In this document: positions 49,902-58,695 of the stretch, piece after piece | Numbering within the stretch: position 1 is the stretch's first letter | How the letters are laid out: each line of letters opens with the position of its first letter | Virus record (IMG/VR): IMGVR_UViG_3300028534_000014 | Location: 55,272 to 119,271 of that record | Source: a virus | DNA: 64,000 nucleotides | Reading direction: 5' to 3' (one strand) | Position numbers and translations under genes: made by a program | Notes under the pieces: generated by a model | Told to the model about the DNA's origin: nothing | Seen by the model: the letters and a program-made list of their open reading frames with translations, nothing else | Databases searched by the model: none

Positions 49902-50947
49902 AAGTCCATTTTTAATCCGATAGAATAATCTGTACTTCTGCCATCGAAACCGCCGTTAGTGCTATTATTCATAGCTAACATATCTTCTAAGAATTGGTAC
50001 GGATTATCGTTATCTGGATATATTTTATCTAACTTAAATCCCTTTAATACTCTATTGCCTAAGAAATTAGTATACTGCTCATTAAGTATAGGAGTAAATC
50101 CTAATAAATAATCTCCAAATACATAATTAGCCCATTTAAGCTCTAGTTTAACAGCATCGTCTATAATCTTATAGGCTTTCTCGTATAATTCAGGGGTCAT
50201 TATCTCAGGGTTCTCTCTACGGATAGCTCTATTGATATTTTGGAATAGAGTTACATGTGTTGACTCATCTCTAAATATTAATTTAATCATCTCTAATGAT
50301 CCATGCATGTATCCCGCTCTTGATAACGCTGCAAAGAATATAAACGCTGATTGAAAATAAATATTCTCTAAACAACCATTAGCAATAGTAGCTAGATAAA
50401 TATTCTCCTTAGTAGGATCATTGCCAAGAGTTTCAAATGATTTAGCTATATGATAATTCTTCTCTCTAAGCACATCATCCGTTCTCCAGAGGTTGTATAA
50501 CTCCTCTCTCTCTTCTGTAGAAATAGCGGCATCAGCTGTCACTCCATAACTCTCCGCGTGTAGTGCCTCTTGCGCCGCTTGCTCAATTAGACATTTATTA
50601 ACATCAGGAGCTGTGATATATGGATTAAAGTTGTCCATGATATTATTAAACTGTGCAGAGTCGTTAAAGATGATACCAGCAAAAAATAACTTGAATGCCC
50701 TCCTATACTCCTCAGGCATTGACTTATAAGACTTAGCTTCATTAGTTAGGTTTGGTTCAGATGTTTGCCATGTATTAGCTCTCATTAGCTCATACATACT
50801 ATTAGCCCATGGATATGACATCATACCTTTTGCGAATATACCATCCGGTCTACCGCCTATAATTCTCTGCTTCTGTCTAGGCTCCTGTGTTTGGGGATCG
50901 AATAGACTCTTTTTATGCAGTAGTTCTATGTCTGTTTTTATGCTCAT
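49898..50947 (-). CDS. nrdB: Class I ribonucleotide reductase beta subunit
   Basis: FNDSAQ, QEALHAESY (Fe ligands plus radical Tyr), LENIYFQSAF, IFRDESTH. Confidence 0.93.
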   Translation of the reverse strand: MSIKTDIELLHKKSLFDPQTQEPRQKQRIIGGRPDGIFAKGMMSYPWANSMYELMRANTWQTSEPNLTNEAKSYKSMPEEYRRAFKLFFAGIIFNDSAQFNNIMDNFNPYITAPDVNKCLIEQAAQEALHAESYGVTADAAISTEEREELYNLWRTDDVLREKNYHIAKSFETLGNDPTKENIYLATIANGCLENIYFQSAFIFFAALSRAGYMHGSLEMIKLIFRDESTHVTLFQNINRAIRRENPEIMTPELYEKAYKIIDDAVKLELKWANYVFGDYLLGFTPILNEQYTNFLGNRVLKGFKLDKIYPDNDNPYQFLEDMLAMNNSTNGGFDGRSTDYSIGLKMDF

Positions 50948-51019
50948 TTTTATCCTTTATATTTTCTGTCATAAGAAACATAATGACTATTTAATTCTTA
51001 ATAAATATATTTTATATAC

Positions 51020-51045
51020 ATATTATTTAGATAGTCATAAAGACT
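51020..51045 (+). promoter_or_regulatory. Putative phage promoter motif
   Basis: ATATTATTTAGATAGTC-ATAAAGACT upstream of DHH. Confidence 0.6.
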
Positions 51046-51066
51046 AATATAAAAACAGGAGCGAAT

Positions 51067-51906
51067 ATGGGGATTGTTAATATTACACATAAAGACTGTA
51101 ATGATGGATTTACAGCAAAATGGGTAGTTTGGAAAAGATATGGTAATGAAGTAGAATTCATTGATGGTGTATACGGTAAAGAGCCTGATTATGAATTGCT
51201 TAAAGATAATAAAGTGATTATAACTGACTTTAGTTATAAGAGAGATATTATGTTAAAGATTATTAACATCGCTAAAGAAGTAATCATTTATGACCATCAT
51301 ATTAGTGCTAAAAAAGAGCTAGCCGGATTAGAAGAGATGGATAACACGACCATTGTATTTGATATGGACAGATGCGGTAGTGTAATTACTTGGAATGAAT
51401 TATTTCCAAATAAAGAGACCCCTTTATTAATGAAATATGTACAAGATAGAGATTTATGGATTAAAGAATTACCATATACAGATGCTATTAGTATGTTTAT
51501 ATTCTCGTTAGAGAAAAACTTCGCTAACTGGGATATGTTAATGAGTATTAATGATTTTAAAGATGAAAAGGGTAAATACCTAATAACTGAAGCTAAAGCT
51601 ATGTATAAAAAATATAAAATAGATTTAAAAAATCTTATGAAGCTTGCTAGGCCTATAGAACATAACGGTATGTCAGGCATGATAGTGAATGTACCTGGTA
51701 TATACGGTTCTGATATATGCCATGAGTTATGTAAAGAGCATAAGGTAGAGTTTGCTATCTATTGGTTTCAAAATGCTGATGGTGACTTTATTCACGGTAT
51801 CCGTAGTTTAGAATTCGGTCCAGATGTATCATCTATAGCCGAGGGATTCGGCGGAGGCGGTCATAAGCATGCTGCTGGATTTAAGTTAAATAGACAGCTA
51901 TCATAG
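51067..51906 (+). CDS. DHH/DHHA1 phosphoesterase (NrnB/oligoribonuclease-like)
   Basis: HKDCNDG, TDFS, DHH, QDRDLW, SIRS-like GIRS, GGGGHKHAAGF. Confidence 0.9.
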   Translation: MGIVNITHKDCNDGFTAKWVVWKRYGNEVEFIDGVYGKEPDYELLKDNKVIITDFSYKRDIMLKIINIAKEVIIYDHHISAKKELAGLEEMDNTTIVFDMDRCGSVITWNELFPNKETPLLMKYVQDRDLWIKELPYTDAISMFIFSLEKNFANWDMLMSINDFKDEKGKYLITEAKAMYKKYKIDLKNLMKLARPIEHNGMSGMIVNVPGIYGSDICHELCKEHKVEFAIYWFQNADGDFIHGIRSLEFGPDVSSIAEGFGGGGHKHAAGFKLNRQLS

Positions 51907-51942
51907 ACCATAAAATGCGGTTATTTCAACATTAATGCGTAA

Positions 51943-51980
51943 CTAGCGAGTTAATTGAAAAATAGTAACTCGCTAGGAGG
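51943..51980 (+). promoter_or_regulatory. Hairpin overlapping the Shine-Dalgarno of the 51985 gene
   Basis: CTAGCGAGTTA-N12-TAACTCGCTAG. The 3' arm ends inside AGGAGG. Confidence 0.55.
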
Positions 51981-51984
51981 ACGT

Positions 51985-52395
51985 ATGTTAGAGTATATAG
52001 TTTTATTTTTTTACCTAGTGATTGTATTAAATCTAGCTATAATTATATATTTCCATATAATAAAGAATAAGTTTAAGGATATGTTATCTGTGGTGTTATT
52101 TACCTTATATGACTCAGGCGTCGGTATGAGTATTATCTCGTTATTAGGGTATCTTAATACGCATAAAAGAAATGCATATAATCTATTAGGTATATATGTG
52201 CTATTAGAAGAGATAACTATAATAGTATTAAATTTTATAATGCTATACATATTCAGACAATATAAAAAAAGAAAGTTCGATAATTTAATAATTAATATCC
52301 ATATTATCATCATAGCAAGTATTACTACGGTAATGCTTTATATCTTAACAATACACCTGGCTATGGGTTTACATAGTTTAGTGAATAACTTATAA
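51985..52395 (+). CDS. 4-TM membrane protein
   Basis: AGGAGG RBS at 51975-51980 places the start at ATG 51985. Four hydrophobic segments. Confidence 0.7.
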   Translation: MLEYIVLFFYLVIVLNLAIIIYFHIIKNKFKDMLSVVLFTLYDSGVGMSIISLLGYLNTHKRNAYNLLGIYVLLEEITIIVLNFIMLYIFRQYKKRKFDNLIINIHIIIIASITTVMLYILTIHLAMGLHSLVNNL

Positions 52396-52404
52396 AGGAT
52401 TGGT

Positions 52405-53166
52405 ATGGCATTAATGACTCTTAACAATGAGTTGATAGATTTAAAAGATAAACTAGAGGTATTTAGTAAACCGGATGAGAACGGTTACTACCCTGTAGTA
52501 TTAGGCGCGTTTAATGTATACGCTAGTAACGGGGCTTTCTATAAGATAACAGAAAACTTAGTTAGATTATTTGGACCTGAGGCTTATATTAACATGAAAG
52601 CTAAGAATGGACAATTAAAAGCTGAAGCTGAGCATCCGAAGTTTGTTAAAGGCATGACTAAAGAGGAGTGGCTACAGCGATTAGCTATGACTGATGAGAA
52701 GTATACTTGTGGATTGTTCGGAGAAGTTAAACTAGATGATGTTCCTAGACGATTAACAACGCAAAAAGGTGAAGCTTATCTAACTTTAGGTAAAATCAAA
52801 CCTATTGGAAAGTATGGAGACGCTTTAAAGAGTGACCTTGAGACTCCTGATAGTAATACTAGTTTTAGTATTAGGGCATTAAGTAATCGTAATGTAATTG
52901 CAGGTATAGATGTTAGAGAGATATTTGCTATTTATGGATGGGATTGGACTAATAGAGGCGCTATTAGTGGAGCCGGTACAAGGACGTTAGTAGAATTACA
53001 ATCATATGGTCTACAGGTAACTACGGAAGAGTTAAGTGCTATGATAACTCATCTAGAGCAAACTTCAAATCCTGAAGAGCTATTAAGTTGCCAATATGAT
53101 TTAGAAGTAACTAAGCATGCTATTAAGAGATGTAGCGGTGGTGTATGTATAACTAAAGACTGGTGA
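52405..53166 (+). CDS. Prohead maturation protease (phiKZ gp175-like)
   Basis: GYY.VVLGAFN...NG..Y, EAEHP (His), SFSIRA (Ser), WDW (Asp) catalytic triad pattern. Confidence 0.85.
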   Translation: MALMTLNNELIDLKDKLEVFSKPDENGYYPVVLGAFNVYASNGAFYKITENLVRLFGPEAYINMKAKNGQLKAEAEHPKFVKGMTKEEWLQRLAMTDEKYTCGLFGEVKLDDVPRRLTTQKGEAYLTLGKIKPIGKYGDALKSDLETPDSNTSFSIRALSNRNVIAGIDVREIFAIYGWDWTNRGAISGAGTRTLVELQSYGLQVTTEELSAMITHLEQTSNPEELLSCQYDLEVTKHAIKRCSGGVCITKDW

Positions 53167-53186
53167 TAGCTTATGCTATCATCAGT
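53159..53186 (+). terminator. 12-bp hairpin with a G-U pair at the protease stop
   Basis: ACTGGTGATAGC-TTAT-GCTATCATCAGT. Confidence 0.6.
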
Positions 53187-53212
53187 TTTATGATTAAAGT
53201 AAAAGGACTGAT

Positions 53213-55291
53213 ATGATAGTAGGACCAAGTAAAAAATTTGAATTTAAACTTCCTATAATAGAAACAAAAGAGGATGAGGTCGTTGTTCGTAAACAGCCTC
53301 GTATAGTAGATACTGATTGGATAAGAATGTCACTAATGACAGAGATAGATGAGTATGAGAAAGAGTTTGTTAAACATATGTATAAGTCCGGAGTAATGGG
53401 GGATACTATGTCTTCTACTATAGGTGACCACTTGACATTAAATCCGCCATACGGTTTAGGACCGTGGGCTGACGTACATTATAAAGGAAGAATAGTAGAT
53501 AATGATGTATATCTACCCGAAAGAAGAGTAGTACATACTGGAGCAGGTAGACGTTGGTATGAGATGTTCCAGGTCAATAGTAAGCCGAGAACTCTTATAA
53601 TGGAGTCTGGCGTGCCTCATTTCCAATCTATATTTTCGTTCTGGACTCAAAGCGTTAACTACGCTCAATCTATTAAGGCTGTTGAAGCCCGTAGCCCTAT
53701 CTTTTATTATATGGGGTATGGTATGGGTGCTAGAACAGCATTCTTAGCGTTTCCTGTACTCACTGTGGCATACTACCTCTTAACATCAGCTTACAAAGCC
53801 ACTATAGGGCTACCGGACCCTAGATATTATACATTTAAAAGTAATATGCATGTATACTGGGGGACTGTTAATAATATTATGAATACTATAGCTGCTAATA
53901 AGGGTGTTATTAGTTTAATCGAAAAACATCCTGGCAGTGATGATGATAGAGTCGGAGTACCTATAGAAGTTGATAAAGGCGATTTAAAAGAATTAAACAA
54001 ATTGATGCCTTATTTATTTAAAACTACTGGATACTTTGATGTAATGGGGCTAGCAGGTAGATATCAACGTATGTTGAATAAACAGCTGAAGACTGAGATT
54101 AAACTAATGAAAAAAGGGACTTTATCATCTTACATGGATTTAAGTAGTAATGTGGACCCATTTAAAGGTGGTGTTAAATTTGATGATGTTCCTGAATATG
54201 CTAAGTTTGTCGAGAGTGTTGAAAAGCTACAAGCATTTAAGGCAGAGAAAAGAAGGATAGAAGCAGAAAAGCCTCCTACAACATCAGCTAATGTGAACCC
54301 CGATGACTATAAGAAAGTAGATAGCGATGGCAGAATGAAACTTCTTCCTCATATGATAGATGATTGGTTTAAAACTATGCGTAGTTATAGATCGGCTGCC
54401 ATTCAAGATGGTGCTGGGGAGGTTGCATTTCAGATAGAGTATTTAGGAAGTCATAGTATAACTTTTAATAATAGTGTTAAAGATATACCATTAAAGAGCG
54501 TGGTGAATAATGTAGGTGGCGGATTTAAAGATATACGCTTTAGTGCAAGTGATTTCAATGTATTTGGAGATGTTGTTGATAGTGTAGTAAATGCAGGTAA
54601 AGATGTAGCTATGGGGTTTCTAGACGGTGTATCATTCGGATTAACAAATGTTATTCAAGCACTAACTGGAGGTGGTTATATATCATTTCCTAAGATGTGG
54701 GATGATAGTAGTACTAGTTTTGATAATCATACATTTAAGATAATAGCATCAGGTCCATATGGTAATCCTATATCCACTATGATAGACCAGGATATTATAG
54801 TATCATCACTATTAGCATTTATGGCACCCATGAGCATAGGACGAAATGCTTATACCAGTCCACCGTTAGTTAAAGCTTTTATTCAAGGAATGCTTAATAT
54901 CGACTTTGGTATGGTAACATCTGGAACTATAACAGCAGGAACTAGTAATCTAGGATATGCCACAGATGGTTCGCCATTGGGAGTAGAGATTACATTCTCT
55001 ATTACTGATTTCAGTAGTATAGTAACCGCTCCAGTTAACGTTGGTATAGGTTGGAGTGAAGATGAATACCAGACTATGAGTAGGTATCTAAAGGTATTAG
55101 CAGGTACATCATATAGTTATAATAAATTTATAAGCAAGAAAGTGCTGTTAAATATAGCTAAGAAGGTATCTGGCGTAGAGTCGTTTTTAAGCCCTGCTGG
55201 ATGGGGTATTAGACTGAGCGATAACTTATTAAGCAAAATTGAATCAGCGATAGTGCCAGACCTATCTGGTGTCTCCCTATTTACAAACTAG
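53213..55291 (+). CDS. Conserved phiKZ-like virion (tail/baseplate) protein
   Basis: LNPP...AD, G.GRRWYE...N...L....GVP, FPKMWDDS, PP LVKAF..G...I.FG motifs. Follows the protease gene. Confidence 0.6.
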   Translation: MIVGPSKKFEFKLPIIETKEDEVVVRKQPRIVDTDWIRMSLMTEIDEYEKEFVKHMYKSGVMGDTMSSTIGDHLTLNPPYGLGPWADVHYKGRIVDNDVYLPERRVVHTGAGRRWYEMFQVNSKPRTLIMESGVPHFQSIFSFWTQSVNYAQSIKAVEARSPIFYYMGYGMGARTAFLAFPVLTVAYYLLTSAYKATIGLPDPRYYTFKSNMHVYWGTVNNIMNTIAANKGVISLIEKHPGSDDDRVGVPIEVDKGDLKELNKLMPYLFKTTGYFDVMGLAGRYQRMLNKQLKTEIKLMKKGTLSSYMDLSSNVDPFKGGVKFDDVPEYAKFVESVEKLQAFKAEKRRIEAEKPPTTSANVNPDDYKKVDSDGRMKLLPHMIDDWFKTMRSYRSAAIQDGAGEVAFQIEYLGSHSITFNNSVKDIPLKSVVNNVGGGFKDIRFSASDFNVFGDVVDSVVNAGKDVAMGFLDGVSFGLTNVIQALTGGGYISFPKMWDDSSTSFDNHTFKIIASGPYGNPISTMIDQDIIVSSLLAFMAPMSIGRNAYTSPPLVKAFIQGMLNIDFGMVTSGTITAGTSNLGYATDGSPLGVEITFSITDFSSIVTAPVNVGIGWSEDEYQTMSRYLKVLAGTSYSYNKFISKKVLLNIAKKVSGVESFLSPAGWGIRLSDNLLSKIESAIVPDLSGVSLFTN

Positions 55292-55317
55292 ACTATAGTA
55301 CCATATGGTACTATAGT
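55292..55317. terminator. Perfect 26-bp palindrome between convergent genes, CATATG core
   Basis: ACTATAGTACCATATGGTACTATAGT. Confidence 0.68.
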
Positions 55318-56927
55318 GCTAATTTTTGTTCATCAGTTAATAAGGCTGTATTTGTAGATATGACTATTGGTAACCTATTTATAACTAGAAACTGTCTATA
55401 ATAACTTCTAATATATAATGACCTATATCTCATTAGATATGTAATGTCTTTATATACCTTATTATCAATGTTCTTTAATGTATCGATTAATCTACCCATC
55501 TTTACATACTTATCTTGCCTAAAGTAAAGTGTAGGTATACTATCGCTTGGTGGTATATCACATATACCATTCTTTAATCCTGTTCTTCTATAGCTCATCT
55601 GTTCAAAATTATCCACTATATCAACAAATTCAAAACCAAGTTTACTTAAATCGATAGGGTCGTATCTTTTAGGTTTACTATACGTTTTACTAAGAGTAAA
55701 TTTAATATCATCTATGCCATCTCCTCTTGTAATAGATGGTTTAGGCTGCACTTTAACGGACTTTCTATCTAAAGTTTCTAGTGTTAAGGGAACTATATCA
55801 TGCTCCATTTTTCTTAGATATATAGGAACAGTCGTTTCTGATATACTTATAACGAAATCCATAAGCTGATCTACATTATTATTAGGATTATCTGCTATAG
55901 CCTTTGTAGTAATAATCGCTATCTGCGCTAATTTAAGATTAGCCTCATTAAGCTCTCTAGCTAACTCTTTCTCTAACTCTATCAATTTATAATTTATCTT
56001 ATCAATTTCGGGACTACCTTTTTTAATAAAAGCATCCAATGCATCTCTAGCATCTTGTAAATTCTTTAGCGCATTTTTAAGATCTGTATCGTCTCCGTCT
56101 AATATTAAAGCTTCTAACCTTTCATAATCATCATTTAATGCCTCTCTAGCACTGTTTAAATCGTCAATTATATCGTCTAAGGGTAAATCATTACCTTTAG
56201 TCTTAAATGCCTTTATTTCGTCTTCTAGAGACTTGATATCTGCTAAAGTATTATTTATCTCATTAACTATATCTGATGTGGTGGTATTAGTAGATGCTTT
56301 AGTTAATAGAATGTCTTTATAATCCTTGATGTCTTTCTCTAATTGTGTTCTCTCTAAATTATCATTAGAATTATCTAAATCGTTCTGTAAATCTGCTATA
56401 TGCTCATTGATATCCGTTATAGTCTCACTATGCTGTAAAGCCGTAGCTATATGTGGGTATATATCCTTAGAGTGTCCTGAACATGATAAACCTGCTATCA
56501 GAATAGCAAGAATGATAGTATCCAGTTTTCCCCAATTAGCCTTTTTAGTATCTTCAACATCTATACATAAAGCATTTAATAAGTTCATAATACCTGTGAT
56601 ATCGTATAAACTTAATCCGAAAGCTCCTAATAATGATGATAAGAAATTTAATACCATATCTACGAACTTGTCTATGGTATCTATTATCATATCTAATATA
56701 GCTAATATCCAATCTATAAAGTCTAATATCTTCTTAACCAGCCCTTTTAAGAAAGATAAACCTTTCTTTAATGCTGATATTAAATCTTTAATACCTGGTA
56801 ATTTCGATAAATAGTCATTAGACTCTACTTTACCTATATAATCATCTAATGGAAAACTATTAAGAGTATCATCTATATGATCTCTCAAGTTTACACCGGC
56901 GTTCTTTAATCCGTCTAAGGTTTTCAT
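55311..56927 (-). CDS. Putative virion protein with amphipathic helices and a long acidic coiled coil
   Basis: Amphipathic segment FLKGLVKKILDFIDWILAILDMIIDTIDKFVDMVLNFL, hydrophobic IILAILIAGLSC, and a heptad-rich D/E/L region. Confidence 0.6.
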   Translation of the reverse strand: MKTLDGLKNAGVNLRDHIDDTLNSFPLDDYIGKVESNDYLSKLPGIKDLISALKKGLSFLKGLVKKILDFIDWILAILDMIIDTIDKFVDMVLNFLSSLLGAFGLSLYDITGIMNLLNALCIDVEDTKKANWGKLDTIILAILIAGLSCSGHSKDIYPHIATALQHSETITDINEHIADLQNDLDNSNDNLERTQLEKDIKDYKDILLTKASTNTTTSDIVNEINNTLADIKSLEDEIKAFKTKGNDLPLDDIIDDLNSAREALNDDYERLEALILDGDDTDLKNALKNLQDARDALDAFIKKGSPEIDKINYKLIELEKELARELNEANLKLAQIAIITTKAIADNPNNNVDQLMDFVISISETTVPIYLRKMEHDIVPLTLETLDRKSVKVQPKPSITRGDGIDDIKFTLSKTYSKPKRYDPIDLSKLGFEFVDIVDNFEQMSYRRTGLKNGICDIPPSDSIPTLYFRQDKYVKMGRLIDTLKNIDNKVYKDITYLMRYRSLYIRSYYRQFLVINRLPIVISTNTALLTDEQKLAL

Positions 56928-56988
56928 TGTCTTTCCTTATGTTTTATTCATTAAATTGTATAAGATATAATAACCTAAATATATGTAT

Positions 56989-57005
56989 ATATCATTTAGA
57001 TAGTC
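56989..57005 (+). promoter_or_regulatory. Putative phage promoter motif
   Basis: ATATCATTTAGATAGTC upstream of 57039. Confidence 0.6.
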
Positions 57006-57038
57006 TGTATAGATATAAATAAACATAAAGGATATATA

Positions 57039-57503
57039 ATGGATATAGGAAATTACGCTAGAGTATCATCTATAAGGAATGCAATACTAACCGGTGTATA
57101 TGGCTCTAATAGTGAGGAAGCGTATCTAGCACTCAAAATGGCTATATCAGATTTTCTTATAAATAACCCACAGCTCGATGCCGACGACCTTGTATCTATA
57201 CCTGCTTATATCAGATTAGGCACGATATTACAAGAAAGACTGGAGAGTATTAAGCATGTTCGATATGCAGTAGTTACATTAGAAGTTGATATAGTGGAAA
57301 TTGTATTTAATAATGGTAAAGGGTATATATATAAATATGCTCAGAAAGATATAGAAATATATAGCATAAACGATATGTCTATATCTAATGATATTGATGA
57401 AGAGATTATAAGTGTTATGACAGAGTTTTTAGAAGAGTATAAATTTTTCAATAATGAAAGTGTAGAAACACCGAAGAGTCCTGATATAGTACAAGTCTAC
57501 TAA
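57039..57503 (+). CDS. Hypothetical protein
   Basis: AAAGGA RBS, preceded by the repeated motif. Confidence 0.65.
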   Translation: MDIGNYARVSSIRNAILTGVYGSNSEEAYLALKMAISDFLINNPQLDADDLVSIPAYIRLGTILQERLESIKHVRYAVVTLEVDIVEIVFNNGKGYIYKYAQKDIEIYSINDMSISNDIDEEIISVMTEFLEEYKFFNNESVETPKSPDIVQVY

Positions 57504-57522
57504 TAACAAAAAATATATGCAC

Positions 57523-57539
57523 ATATCATTTAGATAGTC
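57523..57539 (+). promoter_or_regulatory. Putative phage promoter motif
   Basis: ATATCATTTAGATAGTC (identical to 56989) upstream of 57592. Confidence 0.6.
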
Positions 57540-57591
57540 ATAAGGATATATGCATAATCCCGAGACTTAAAAACTTTATAAAGGAATAACA

Positions 57592-58218
57592 ATGGCTGTA
57601 CAACCAGAAGACGTGGAATCTATAGATACTGTAGATAACATACAAAACAACGAGGTTCCGGAACAAGATGATCCTAAGACATCTATCGATGAAGAGGGCG
57701 ATAATACACTAACTGAAGAAGAGCAATTCTCTAAAGAGATAGATGTAGCAATAGCGACTCTTAACCAACTCTATAGTAATGAAACTGATGAAGATGGTAA
57801 GATTAACCTATCTCCAGATATCAATGCTATTAGCAGCATTATCTTCAAATTAGCAGGACTGACCAATAGTGCTGAGATTATGTCAACTATATTGAGAGAT
57901 ATGGAAGACAAAACAGTATTAAATTTCAGTATACGAAAAGAGTTAATCCAATTAGATAAAGATATAAAAGGACTGGAAGTTAGATATATAAGAATAAATA
58001 AAATTGATGTATTTAACTTTATTGTAACGTATGATGAAGATGTAAAGGTGGAATTTGCTGTTATCGTAAAAGATAATAAAATATCATTTGCATCTCCTGC
58101 GGACCAAGATTATGATAATGGGAAGTTGGCTATATTACAAAACAACGCAGTCGAGGCGCTTAAAGCCTCTTATGATAAATTATACCCTAATAAAGAGGAG
58201 GGCAATGAAGATGAGTAA
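57592..58218 (+). CDS. Hypothetical acidic protein
   Basis: AAAGGA RBS, D/E-rich N-terminus, preceded by the repeated motif. Confidence 0.7.
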   Translation: MAVQPEDVESIDTVDNIQNNEVPEQDDPKTSIDEEGDNTLTEEEQFSKEIDVAIATLNQLYSNETDEDGKINLSPDINAISSIIFKLAGLTNSAEIMSTILRDMEDKTVLNFSIRKELIQLDKDIKGLEVRYIRINKIDVFNFIVTYDEDVKVEFAVIVKDNKISFASPADQDYDNGKLAILQNNAVEALKASYDKLYPNKEEGNEDE

Positions 58219-58690
58219 AGAAATTAAAATTAGTGCAAAATATAGCACTAAAGAGAAAGTAAAGAAGGTGAAAATAGGCACTGGTGACGATGTTAAAATT
58301 AAAGAAGTAAAAATCATCGAAGCTATTATTGAAGGTAACCCATATGTAGATAACTATGATGGTGAAAAAGCCGAGCTAAAGAAAGTTGAGACATATCGCA
58401 ATGAGTTCGGTGCAGTAGCTAGAACTGAAGGTGCTAAGATTGCAGGTGAACTACTTAAGGAGAATAAAAAGGTCGATAGAGCTATCGTAAAAGTGCCTGC
58501 TGGCGTATCTTCTAGAGAAAAAATTACGGTAATTGGAAACAGAGAAGTGTCTCAGTATGACAGAGATACCAAAACTGTGAAAAAAGTACCAGGTGTAGGA
58601 TTTAAGGTAGAAAGCGCAGTTGACCCGAAATCGGGGGCGAAATCTATTAAGGAAGCAAAAGCGGCTTTCTTAGAAGCGTTAAGTAAATGA
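58211..58690 (+). CDS. Small Lys-rich hypothetical protein
   Basis: GAGGAG RBS at 58195-58200. ATG 58211 or 58205; the ORF-track start 58088 lies inside the previous gene. Confidence 0.7.
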   Translation: MSKEIKISAKYSTKEKVKKVKIGTGDDVKIKEVKIIEAIIEGNPYVDNYDGEKAELKKVETYRNEFGAVARTEGAKIAGELLKENKKVDRAIVKVPAGVSSREKITVIGNREVSQYDRDTKTVKKVPGVGFKVESAVDPKSGAKSIKEAKAAFLEALSK

Positions 58691-58695
58691 TATAC

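Noticed and set aside
50961-51010. Possible minus-strand copy of the 17-nt promoter motif for nrdB
   Set aside because: Only ATAGTC matches; the spacing to an ATATYATT element does not fit.
58088-58204. ORF-track start at 58088 for the Lys-rich gene, implying a long dual-coding overlap
   Set aside because: The RBS at 58195-58200 supports a start at 58205/58211; the upstream part overlaps the previous gene with no SD.
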